Shown piece after piece: positions 40,325 to 48,559 of a DNA stretch of 64,000 nt (the first letter of the stretch is position 1; each line of letters begins with the position of its first letter). The position numbers were made by a program, and so were the translations under genes. The notes under the pieces were generated by a model that saw nothing but the letters and a program-made list of their open reading frames with translations, was not told the DNA's origin and did not search any database. The stretch spans positions 3,423 through 67,422 of the forward strand of contig CAVQBB010000006.1 in the NCBI GenBank assembly GCA_963710655.1. Reading direction: 5' to 3'. This DNA is from an uncultured Actinomycetota bacterium. Its GTDB lineage: Bacteria; Actinomycetota; Actinomycetes; Nanopelagicales; Nanopelagicaceae.

Positions 40325-40939
40325 TTGGGGATTAGGTATCCATCTCCCATGGACGATATACAGAAATTTATACAGAGGAATTTTCGTAGGATTGTGGCTG
40401 CTGGTGGTCTTCTCTTCTCATTGCTTGCCTTGTCGCTTCTACTTAACTCCCAGCCCTCGACGCTGGTATGGATGGCAACTGGTTCAATCCCAAATGGAAG
40501 TCGCATCACTTCGAGCGAAGTAAAGCTGGTGAAGGTTGATCTGACTGAGGACGCGCTGCATTTTGAGAGCAAGAATGATTTGGTGGTGGGGAAGTTTGCC
40601 ACTCGATTGCTAGAACCCGGCGACTTAGTAGCCGTCACAGATGTGACACAACAAAGTTCAAATTCCACCTCTACCTTTTTACCGATTGGTGTTGCGGTCG
40701 ATGACCTGCCAGCTGATTTAGCGGTGGGGGATTTGGTGGATGTTTATGTGATTCCGAAGGATCAAGGTGTGTTACCAGCGGTGGTCGCACATCGCATTCC
40801 AGTTCAGTACATAGATGATAAATCTCGCTCTCTCGGTGGAAGTGTTGCAGTGAGTCTTTCGGCAAGTCCAACCGTGACATCGATAATCGTGACTGCAGAA
40901 TCCCAAGGAAGATTGGTGCTTGCTCGTGACCCGTTCTGA
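40325..40939 (+). CDS. SAF-domain (CpaB-like) membrane-anchored protein
   Basis: N-terminal TM helix, then a SAF-like segment (GSRITSSEVKLVKVDL...GKFATRLLEPGDLV). It sits directly upstream of a CpaE-like gene. The start is uncertain (TTG 40325 or ATG 40349). Confidence 0.55.
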   Translation: MGIRYPSPMDDIQKFIQRNFRRIVAAGGLLFSLLALSLLLNSQPSTLVWMATGSIPNGSRITSSEVKLVKVDLTEDALHFESKNDLVVGKFATRLLEPGDLVAVTDVTQQSSNSTSTFLPIGVAVDDLPADLAVGDLVDVYVIPKDQGVLPAVVAHRIPVQYIDDKSRSLGGSVAVSLSASPTVTSIIVTAESQGRLVLARDPF

Positions 40940-42029
40940 AATTCCACAGCTTGAGGTTGTGACTGCGATTCCAGATGCTGATCGCGAGGATTTTCTCGCG
41001 CAACTTCTCTTCTCTCAGGGCTGGAACATAATTTATCGAGCCTTTGATGCCAATTCCCTCATGACTTTTATGAAGCAGCGTGGTTCGGGTATACGTACCG
41101 TGATTATTTATGAGAGTGAGCTGCCTGGTATGTCTTCACACTTGATTCAGGAATTAGATGAGCCGGCAATTACAGTGATCTCTCTTGACCATGTTGGTTT
41201 TACCTCTCACGAGATGATGGCGGCTATTCGCGGGAATCTCCGTGCTCCTATGTTGCAGACGGCATCACCCAGTGAAAGTTTGGCTCCAGTTGATTCTCCA
41301 TCAGCAGATTTCGCTTCGTTTCCTCAGGTCAGGCAATCGCGCGATCTCCCCACTAATCCTTCTAAAAGAATTCACCGCAATGTCCTTCTGCCTGTGCGAG
41401 AACGTAAAGTCATAGCGGTAACCGGTAGTACTGGAGCACCTGGCAGAACTAGATTTGCTACAGCTCTATCCCGCGAACTGGCGATACGGGGAGCAACGCT
41501 TTTGATCGATGCAGACATCAGGTCGCATGGCGTGATCCCATTACGCGATGAACTGACCAAGAGCTCGGTCGAAATAATTCCGCTTGATCGAGAGAAGCGA
41601 CCCACACATATTCCAGATGGAGGAGAGACTGCAGTTGTCGATCTTGGGGTGCTCCCCGGATTAGCAGAGGCCACCGCTGATCGTCGTTGGCATGGTTCAC
41701 TTGTAAACAATGTTCTAGATAGGGCGACCCACTTGGTCTACCTAAGCAAATCAACCGCCGCGAGCATGGCTGAACTCTCCCAATTCATGCGTGAGTACCC
41801 TCTACTTCAAAAGCGTTTACCAGTTGTCTTTGTATGCATTCTGGCTGGCCATTCCAGAGAGTTGCGGGAGTGGGAAGCTAGATTTCTAACTTTGACGACG
41901 GGGGAGAGCAGATACATCCTGCGCGAGAGCCAATTGGGAACTTCTAAAGAGAGCAAGCTATTTGGTGCGTTGAAGGTCAAAGATCCAAAGCGAAGGGAGA
42001 TTGCTAAGATTGCCGCTTCACTGGCTTAG
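40920..42029 (+). CDS. CpaE/TadZ/Ssd-like ParA-MinD-family protein with N-terminal pseudo-receiver domain
   Basis: Deviant Walker A context VIAVTGSTGAPGRTRFATALSRELAIRGATLLIDAD. The architecture matches the actinobacterial helicase/secretion-neighbourhood CpaE-like proteins. Confidence 0.6.
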   Translation: MLVTRSEIPQLEVVTAIPDADREDFLAQLLFSQGWNIIYRAFDANSLMTFMKQRGSGIRTVIIYESELPGMSSHLIQELDEPAITVISLDHVGFTSHEMMAAIRGNLRAPMLQTASPSESLAPVDSPSADFASFPQVRQSRDLPTNPSKRIHRNVLLPVRERKVIAVTGSTGAPGRTRFATALSRELAIRGATLLIDADIRSHGVIPLRDELTKSSVEIIPLDREKRPTHIPDGGETAVVDLGVLPGLAEATADRRWHGSLVNNVLDRATHLVYLSKSTAASMAELSQFMREYPLLQKRLPVVFVCILAGHSRELREWEARFLTLTTGESRYILRESQLGTSKESKLFGALKVKDPKRREIAKIAASLA

Positions 42030-42058
42030 CCAGATACCGCGACAGACAGGTGTGAACA

Positions 42059-43528
42059 TTGGCGATTAGCTCCCGAAGCGATCTTGCTTATTCGCACACC
42101 GCGTTGACGGTCAAGGACCGTGAGCGCTTGTCGGAGTTGGTTTCGGAGTGGCAGTTGCTCTCAGATATCTCATTCTCAGATCTCATCCTTTGGGTGCCCC
42201 GACGTAAGGATTATCAGAGCTGGCCCGAAGGTCATATCGCGATTGCACATATCCGGCCTACAACTGCACCAACTGTCTTTGCCCAAGATGTAATTGGACA
42301 GGAACTCACCTGGGGTAAGAACGCGAGGATTGATCAGACTCTTTCGACTGGATCAATCATTAGAGATGCCGAACCAGAGATGGTCGGAGATATCTTGATT
42401 AAAGAAGAGACCGTTCCCGTTCACTTCGATGGACAGACCATTGCGGTTATTTCGCGTCACCGTAATGCAGTTGCGATGAGATCAGCATCCCCGCTTGAAA
42501 TTAACTATCGCGAGATCGCCCACAAAGTTTTTCGCATGATTGCAGAGGGTACTTTCCCGATTCAAGACAGCATTTATCAAGCAGAGTACGCACCTCGCGT
42601 TGGTGATGGCCTAGTCCGTCTTGATGCACTTGGCGCCGCAACCTATGCCAGCCCTAATGCGCGTTCTGCGATTAGCCGTTTGGGTTGGGATAACGAGATC
42701 GAAGGAACGCAGTTGGGTGCAATATTCGACACCTTGCAGCGTCCGCAAACTTTTCCAAGCGAGGAGAGTTGGAGTTCGATCTTAAGTGGCAAGACTCTGC
42801 GCCGTGCTGATTTTGATAATGGCAACGGGATTGTCGACCTACTTGTGATCCCATTGATCGAAGGTGGAGACCGTATCGGCTCCATAGTTTTGGTTCACGA
42901 CGTCACCGAGTTGCGCCGTCGCGATCGCGCACTGGTATCTAAGGATGCAACCATTCGCGAAATTCATCACCGTGTTAAAAATAATTTGCAGACAGTATCG
43001 GCACTCTTGCGTTTGCAATCGCGCCGTGTTGAAGATCCCACTGCAAGTGCTGCACTCGCTGAAGCGGTTCGCCGAGTCGCATCTATTGCAATTGTGCACG
43101 AGACGCTTTCGACGAGCTCAGCTGAATCAGTTCTATTTGATGAGGTCTACGACCGCATTGTTCACAATGCAATCGAATTGAGTCCTCGTCCCATCACGCC
43201 AGTAAAGATCGGCGACTTTGGAATATTGGATTCACAGGTTGCAACCCCACTTGCTCTTGTTGTCACAGAGTTGATTCACAACTCTTTGGAGCATGGACTT
43301 GCAGATTTCGGCGACACCGTTCGAGTTGAAGTATCAAGAGCCGAGACCACCTACACAATTAAAGTGATCGATAACGGAAGCGGATTGCCAGAAGACTTTG
43401 ATTGGGAGAAATCCTCAAACCTCGGACTTCAGATTGTGCGCACCTTGACCGAGAACGAGCTCAAAGGGAGCATCTCGTTAAATCGCGTCAACAATGAGAC
43501 CGTTGCGATGATTGTTTTTAAGGTTTAG
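42059..43528 (+). CDS. pdtaS: Cytoplasmic sensor histidine kinase PdtaS-like (GAF/PAS + HisKA_2/HATPase)
   Basis: Phospho-acceptor box HHRVKNNLQTVSALLRLQ. No TM segments. It is adjacent and convergent to a whiB gene, as pdtaS (Rv3220c) is to whiB1 (Rv3219). Confidence 0.8.
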   Translation: MAISSRSDLAYSHTALTVKDRERLSELVSEWQLLSDISFSDLILWVPRRKDYQSWPEGHIAIAHIRPTTAPTVFAQDVIGQELTWGKNARIDQTLSTGSIIRDAEPEMVGDILIKEETVPVHFDGQTIAVISRHRNAVAMRSASPLEINYREIAHKVFRMIAEGTFPIQDSIYQAEYAPRVGDGLVRLDALGAATYASPNARSAISRLGWDNEIEGTQLGAIFDTLQRPQTFPSEESWSSILSGKTLRRADFDNGNGIVDLLVIPLIEGGDRIGSIVLVHDVTELRRRDRALVSKDATIREIHHRVKNNLQTVSALLRLQSRRVEDPTASAALAEAVRRVASIAIVHETLSTSSAESVLFDEVYDRIVHNAIELSPRPITPVKIGDFGILDSQVATPLALVVTELIHNSLEHGLADFGDTVRVEVSRAETTYTIKVIDNGSGLPEDFDWEKSSNLGLQIVRTLTENELKGSISLNRVNNETVAMIVFKV

Positions 43529-43587
43529 CAGAACTTCAAAAAACTGATTCTCAGAAGACTGATTCTCCAAGTAAAAGATCTGAAAAC

Positions 43588-43857
43588 TTAGAACTGGTTC
43601 TGGCTCTCCAACATACGTGCGCGGTTACGTGCAGCGCGGCGCTTGAGGGCGCGGCGCTCATCCTCAGAGAGACCGCCCCAGACTCCAGCATCCTGGCCGC
43701 TCTCAAGGGCCCAAGCGAGGCAAGCCTCTTTGACCGGGCAGCGTTGGCAGACCTTTTTTGCCTCTTCAATTTGAGCTAGGGCAGGGCCGGTATTTCCAAT
43801 AGGGAAGAAGAGCTCGGGATCTTCATCGCGGCAGGCCGCCTCGTGTCGCCAATCCAT
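43588..43857 (-). CDS. whiB1: WhiB-family Fe-S transcriptional regulator (WhiB1-like by synteny)
   Basis: MDWRHEAAC...CQRCPVKEAC...GVWGG. The ATG at 43855-43857 is preceded by GAAGGAG. The longer track ORF start is unlikely. Confidence 0.9.
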   Translation of the reverse strand: MDWRHEAACRDEDPELFFPIGNTGPALAQIEEAKKVCQRCPVKEACLAWALESGQDAGVWGGLSEDERRALKRRAARNRARMLESQNQF

Positions 43858-44164
43858 CGTAATCTCCTTCAATTTAGGGAAGTCCTGCCTTGGGGCCAAT
43901 GGGCGGATCTGGCCTTTCCGGAGGTGCTAATTCAGACTAAAGCCGCTCAAACTTCGCTAGTTCTACCGAAGCCGAGCGGAAATAGTGGTGAATACGGTCC
44001 TATTCTCTCGTAGGACCAACGAGATAACAAGGACATAGAGTAAAAGATTCCTCACATTGGCTGAGAGTTTGTACTCAGAATCCTTTTCAATCGCCTTTAT
44101 AACCCTTTTACACCCTTTTGAAGTTCTTGTTTGAACTCTTGCTTGAACTCCTTCTAGGCCCATT

Positions 44165-44239
44165 TGGTGCCCCCGACAGGAGTCGAACCTGCGCACCCGC
44201 CTCCGGAGGGCGGTGCTCTATCCACTGAGCTACGAGGGC
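44165..44239 (-). tRNA. tRNA-Arg (anticodon CCG), CCA encoded
   Basis: The reverse complement folds as acceptor GCCCTCG/CGGGGGC, D arm GCTC-AGTGGATA-GAGC, anticodon stem CCGCC/GGCGG with loop CTCCGGA, and T arm GCAGG-TTCGACT-CCTGT, followed by ACCA. Confidence 0.9.
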
Positions 44240-44371
44240 AATTTTCAACGAGCCCCCCTAGGGTATCAGTGAAAGAATCTGGCCTTCAGAGGCCCTTATG
44301 GCCTCAAAATGGCGTGAAGTAGTTAAAGCAATCAGTTCCAGCAAGAAAATCACAGAGATGGAGAAGTTCTG

Positions 44372-44908
44372 ATGACCGGTCTAATTGAGAAGGCTTACTT
44401 TGCTACCGGATGTTTCTGGGGAGCTGAGCGTCGCTTCTGGAATCTCCCTGGCGTGCTCTCAACGTCGGTCGGTTACATGGGTGGTCACACCAGCCAACCC
44501 ACTTACAAAGAGGTCTGTACCGGCAAGACCGGCCATGCCGAAATGGTTGAGGTCGTATTTGACCCATCTCAGATCTCCTACCACCGCCTGCTTCAAGAAT
44601 TTTGGACGATGCATGACCCAACTTCTCTCAACCGACAAGGTGGGGACATTGGGACTCAATATCGCAGCGCAATATATGCCAGCACCGAACGCCAGTTAGA
44701 AGAGGCCTTGGCTACTCGTGAAATTTATAACGATGTACTTTTGCAAAATGGCCTGGATGAAATTTGCACCGAGATCAAGAGTGCTAATGGCATTGTGTAC
44801 TGGCCAGCCGAGGAATATCACCAACGTTATTTAGAGAAGAATCCAAATGGATATGACTGTCATTCATCAACGGGAATTCCATATCCAGATCAACTCACGA
44901 TTGGGTAG
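44372..44908 (+). CDS. msrA: Peptide-methionine (S)-S-oxide reductase
   Basis: Contains the GCFWG active-site motif near the N-terminus. Confidence 0.95.
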   Translation: MTGLIEKAYFATGCFWGAERRFWNLPGVLSTSVGYMGGHTSQPTYKEVCTGKTGHAEMVEVVFDPSQISYHRLLQEFWTMHDPTSLNRQGGDIGTQYRSAIYASTERQLEEALATREIYNDVLLQNGLDEICTEIKSANGIVYWPAEEYHQRYLEKNPNGYDCHSSTGIPYPDQLTIG

Positions 44909-44917
44909 TTGCAATTC

Positions 44918-44957
44918 GGTTATTGCATCTGGGTTATTGCATCTGGGTTATTGCACT
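44918..44957. repeat. 14-bp tandem repeat GGTTATTGCATCT(G), about 2.9 copies, in the msrA/alkA-like convergent gap
   Basis: cGGTTATTGCATCT, gGGTTATTGCATCT, gGGTTATTGCAC. The last copy overlaps the stop codon of the minus-strand gene (44956-44958). Confidence 0.7.
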
Positions 44958-45594
44958 ACCAACTAGTTGAATCGCCCTCGGTTGCGCGCCAGCAGTACCA
45001 CGCGACGACGCTCTGCCGACCTTTAAATTTTTCACCAATCGCATCGAGTTCTTTCGGAGCGATCTCATAATCTAATTTATGGATTTTCTCCCAACCGCGG
45101 CGCATCGCTAAATCTCCGACGGGCCAGAGATCAAGACGTCCGAGATGAAACATCAGAAACATCTCTACGGTCCATCGCCCGATTCCCCAGAGGGCGGTGA
45201 GTTCCGCTGAGATCTCTTCGTTGCTCAATTTAGAGAATTTCTTAAATTCAACCGCGCCTGAAAGCGTTGCCTGAGTCAGTTCATCAATCGCACGAGCTTT
45301 GGCTCCGCTGACACCTGCAGTGCGAAGGTCTGCTGCGGATAGATTGACCAGGGCTTCAGGCTTAAGTGAGCCACCTGCAAGGGTGATTACGCGATCTCGA
45401 ATTGTGTCGGCCGCTTTTACCGCGAGTTGCTGCGAGATGATCGAGGTGACGAGGGTTTCATAGTGACCCTGGCGTGGACGCTTCTGATTTATTGTGCACA
45501 GTGGACTGGCTTTAATGATGGGAGCGAATGCAGGGTCAATTCTTGCGATCGCGCGCACATGTTTACGCATCTCTTCGCTGGTCGTTAGAGCCAC
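44956..45594 (-). CDS. HhH-GPD DNA glycosylase (3-methyladenine DNA glycosylase II / AlkA-like)
   Basis: Helix-hairpin-helix segment ...LTALWGIGRWTVEMFLMF... followed by a conserved Asp region. Confidence 0.7.
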   Translation of the reverse strand: MALTTSEEMRKHVRAIARIDPAFAPIIKASPLCTINQKRPRQGHYETLVTSIISQQLAVKAADTIRDRVITLAGGSLKPEALVNLSAADLRTAGVSGAKARAIDELTQATLSGAVEFKKFSKLSNEEISAELTALWGIGRWTVEMFLMFHLGRLDLWPVGDLAMRRGWEKIHKLDYEIAPKELDAIGEKFKGRQSVVAWYCWRATEGDSTSW

Positions 45595-45623
45595 GGCGTT
45601 AGCCTAGTCAGTAGGCTAGTCCT

Positions 45624-46529
45624 GTGATCACAAATACCACGGGCGGACTGGCCTGGGGGCTTACATTAGGTGGTCTGGCTTTAGTACTTGTCGTCGATTT
45701 TTTCTTTGCCTATCGAAACCGAGCCAAACTCACCTCGCTTCGAAATGTGGCGCTCTGGACTCTTTTCTACCTCGCTGCAGCGATCGCTTTTGGATTCACC
45801 CTCGGAATTTGGTCGACAGGACAGGCCAGAGGCGAATTCTTCGCCGGTTGGATAACTGAGTACTCCCTCTCGTTCGACAATCTATTCGTGCTCCTGCTCA
45901 TTATGGCCAAACTTAAAGTGGCAAAAGAGCGCGAGGAGATCATTCTCTTCTGGGGCATTCTCTCTTCATTGTTACTACGTGGAGTCTTTATCGCTGGTGG
46001 AGCGGCGCTGGTAAATAAATACGAGTGGATTTTTTACATCTTCGGAGGATTCTTGATCTATACCGCGCTGCAACTTTTCAGAGAGAGCGAATCTGAAGAG
46101 TGGGAAGAGGGTCGAGTTATCAAGTTCTTAAAACGCCGTGGAGCATCTATTGGTTTTGTTGCGATGGTCGCTATCGCGCTCACTAATCTGCTCTTTGCCT
46201 TCGACTCTATTCCCGCAATATTTGGATTAACTCGCAATCCCTATGTGATCGTTACAGCGACGATCTTCGCCTCTATGGGACTTCGCCAACTCTATTTCTT
46301 GATCGGCGATCTCATGAGCAGACTGATCTATCTCAGCGAAGGGCTCTCCATCATTCTCGCCTTCATCGGTCTCAAGTTGATCTTTGAGGCGAGCATCGCT
46401 GAAGGTCACACCAAAGTGGCTGGGATTAAAGTCCCCAACATCTCACTCGGCCTCTCGCTAGGTTTTGTCATCGGCACCTTGGCGCTCACCGCGATTATCA
46501 GCTCTCTTAAGGCTCCAAAAAAGCCCTAA
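45624..46529 (+). CDS. TerC-family integral membrane protein
   Basis: Polytopic, with the TerC hallmark ...EYSLSFDNLFV... and a second ...FAFDSIPAIFGLT... repeat. GTG start. Confidence 0.85.
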   Translation: MITNTTGGLAWGLTLGGLALVLVVDFFFAYRNRAKLTSLRNVALWTLFYLAAAIAFGFTLGIWSTGQARGEFFAGWITEYSLSFDNLFVLLLIMAKLKVAKEREEIILFWGILSSLLLRGVFIAGGAALVNKYEWIFYIFGGFLIYTALQLFRESESEEWEEGRVIKFLKRRGASIGFVAMVAIALTNLLFAFDSIPAIFGLTRNPYVIVTATIFASMGLRQLYFLIGDLMSRLIYLSEGLSIILAFIGLKLIFEASIAEGHTKVAGIKVPNISLGLSLGFVIGTLALTAIISSLKAPKKP

Positions 46530-46636
46530 GGGTTTATCTAATACATCGTCGCATTCGCCAGCTACCACATGTTTTCAGCCAGCCAGTCATAGTTTCCAGC
46601 CGACCAGCGATCTACCTCCTAGGTTAGGCTTCATCC

Positions 46637-47794
46637 ATGTCGACGCCCTCGCAATCACCAGATTCACCATTTGCCTCCCATGAGGGGCTGAGTTTGGAGA
46701 GTCGAGTCGTTGCGGCGGGACGTCCAATCCGTGAGAGCGATGCCGGAGTAAATGTTGGTATCGATTTAAACTCCACATTTCTCGCTCCAGGATCTGCCGG
46801 ATATGGCAGGTTCGGAAATAGCACGTGGAGCGCCCTTGAAGATGCAATTGCATCTCTCGAGAATGGTCCAACTCTGGTTTATTCAAGTGGGGTGGCTGCA
46901 ATCACCGCCCTTTTTTCAATCTTGCCTCGCGGAGCAGTCATTACGGCATCGCGAAACTGCTACTCGGGAACGATGGTCTTACTGCGTCAGGCAGAGGCAT
47001 CAGGTGCGGCCGAAGTTCGCTATGTAGATATTTCCAATACAGATGAGGTACTAGCCGCGCTTCCTGGAACAACTTTGCTCTGGGTGGAATCTCCAACTAA
47101 CCCTGCACTCGAAGTCGCCGATCTGCCGACTCTCATCGCAGCAGCAAAACGCCAAAACATCGGAGTGGGAGTCGACAACACTTTTGCCACGCCACTTCTA
47201 CAGCAACCACTTGATCTTGGCGCCGATGTGGTCATCCACTCGCTCTCAAAATATATCTCCGGACATAGCGATGTGATCTTGGGTTCAATCTCAACGAAGG
47301 ATGCTGCTCTCTACCAACGTCTCGCCGATGTTCGCAAGATCAATGGTTCTATCCCGGGTCCCTTTGAAGTCTGGTTGGCGCTGCGCGGAATTCGCACCCT
47401 AGGAGTTCGCCTCGAACGAGCTCAGAAGAACGCTCATGAGATCGCCTTGCGTTTATCGCTTCACCCCGCTGTAGAGCGAGTTCGCTACCCAGGTCTTCCA
47501 ACAGATCCTCATCATGAAATCGCAAAAAGTTTTATGAAGGGCTATGGGGCGGTCATCTCATTTGATCATCGCGGGGGAGCCGAGGCTGCAGATCGAGCCT
47601 GCGCCGCTTCAAAGTTAGTGGCTCACGCCACCTCACTCGGCGGGGTGGAATCTCTGTGGGAGCGGCGCCATCGCTGGAGCACCGAGAGCCCAACCATTCC
47701 AACGAATCTGATCCGACTCTCGGTTGGCATTGAAGATCTTGAGGATCTCTGGCGGGATATTGATTCGGCCCTACGTGCCTCCCTTGAAAGTTAA
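46637..47794 (+). CDS. metB: Cys/Met-metabolism PLP-dependent enzyme (cystathionine gamma-synthase/lyase type)
   Basis: PLP-lysine motif HSLSKYISGHSDV. The length and overall pattern match actinobacterial MetB. Confidence 0.75.
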   Translation: MSTPSQSPDSPFASHEGLSLESRVVAAGRPIRESDAGVNVGIDLNSTFLAPGSAGYGRFGNSTWSALEDAIASLENGPTLVYSSGVAAITALFSILPRGAVITASRNCYSGTMVLLRQAEASGAAEVRYVDISNTDEVLAALPGTTLLWVESPTNPALEVADLPTLIAAAKRQNIGVGVDNTFATPLLQQPLDLGADVVIHSLSKYISGHSDVILGSISTKDAALYQRLADVRKINGSIPGPFEVWLALRGIRTLGVRLERAQKNAHEIALRLSLHPAVERVRYPGLPTDPHHEIAKSFMKGYGAVISFDHRGGAEAADRACAASKLVAHATSLGGVESLWERRHRWSTESPTIPTNLIRLSVGIEDLEDLWRDIDSALRASLES

Positions 47795-47872
47795 CGGGAT
47801 GTTCATGCTGCGCTCGGCACGCTCTAAGGTTCCTTCCAGCGAGTAACAAGGCAGAGAGAGTAGATTTACCTT

Positions 47873-48025
47873 ATGTTCAAGCACATTCGTCGCGCAGTTG
47901 GAATTGTCACCGTTCTGGTGGTGATTATTGGCGCCCTAAAGTCGGTCTTCGCATGGCTCGCAAATAGTGAGCATGGAACCCACGAACTTTTCGCTGACGA
48001 AGAAGAATCTGAACGTCAGTTCTAA
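47873..48025 (+). CDS. Candidate 50-aa single-TM micro-protein
   Basis: MFKHIRRAVGIVTVLVVIIGALKSVFAWLANSEHGTHELFADEEESERQF. It is below the track cutoff, has a weak RBS, and I have no homology evidence. Confidence 0.3.
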   Translation: MFKHIRRAVGIVTVLVVIIGALKSVFAWLANSEHGTHELFADEEESERQF

Positions 48026-48039
48026 ACTGACCATTCACA

Positions 48040-48459
48040 ATGACCGATAACTCACTTAACGCTGACTCATCTGATGAGTTCGAATACATTCCAGGCGTAT
48101 GCAACATTGGTGTTCGCGAGATTCGCCGCCGCCAACTAGTTGGTGGAATTGGTCTATTTCTAACTATTACAACGGTCTTTGGTTTTTATCACCAACACTC
48201 ATCTCAAATTGCAAGGCTAGGAACTTTCTTGCCTGCACTTGTGATGTCGATCGGTTATCTCCAAGCGCGCAAGAAATTCTGTCTCGGTTTTGGAATCTCA
48301 GGGCTCTTTAATTTTGGGTCATTGGGCAATGCAAAGCGAGTCATCTCGGAGGCAGATCGCAAGATAGATCGAGAAGCTGCGATCAAGCTCTTCTTCCAGG
48401 CCTCACTAATCGCTGCCGCTATTACGGCATTTGTATTTCTGCTTCCAAGTTCAAAATAG
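48040..48459 (+). CDS. Hypothetical small membrane protein (possibly YgaP/DUF2892-like pattern)
   Basis: Two or three TM segments. The pattern CNIG.REIRRR..GG near the N-terminus and GYLQARKKFCLGFG are reminiscent of DUF2892. Weak call. Confidence 0.45.
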   Translation: MTDNSLNADSSDEFEYIPGVCNIGVREIRRRQLVGGIGLFLTITTVFGFYHQHSSQIARLGTFLPALVMSIGYLQARKKFCLGFGISGLFNFGSLGNAKRVISEADRKIDREAAIKLFFQASLIAAAITAFVFLLPSSK

Positions 48460-48470
48460 TTTTACTGGAG

Positions 48471-48536
48471 CTTCCAAAATCTAGGTAATTCCCAATTTAG
48501 GCAGTTTCCAATTTAGGTAGTTCCCAATTAGAGCAG
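48471..48536 (+). repeat. Four imperfect direct repeats (16-18 nt, consensus TTCCCAATTTAGGYAG) immediately upstream of the glycosyltransferase gene
   Basis: CTTCCAAAATCTAGGTA / ATTCCCAATTTAGGCAG / TTTCCAATTTAGGTAG / TTCCCAATTAGAGCAG. The array ends 23 nt before the ATG at 48560. Confidence 0.65.
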
Positions 48537-48559
48537 CCCCATATAGATAAGATAGCGCC

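Noticed and set aside
40302-40523. 73-aa ORF starting right after an AAGGAG
   Set aside because: The GTG is only 1 nt from GGAG, which is too close for an RBS. The ORF overlaps the SAF-domain gene in another frame, and its sequence is Trp/Leu-rich noise.
43543-43567. ACTGATTCTC repeated twice, 15 nt apart, between pdtaS and whiB
   Set aside because: Two 10-nt copies in a convergent gap. This is too short to distinguish from chance without genome-wide statistics.
43963-44196. 77-aa minus-strand ORF
   Set aside because: It overlaps the 3' part of a well-folding tRNA-Arg(CCG) and the whiB upstream region, and has no coding features.
45595-45623. yybP-ykoY (Mn) riboswitch upstream of terC
   Set aside because: The gap to the divergent neighbour is only 29 nt, far too short for that element.
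46530-46636. SAM-type riboswitch upstream of metB
   Set aside because: I could not recognise SAM-I, SAM-IV or SAM/SAH consensus helices or conserved loops by eye. This would need a covariance-model scan (Infernal/Rfam) to settle, so no claim is made.
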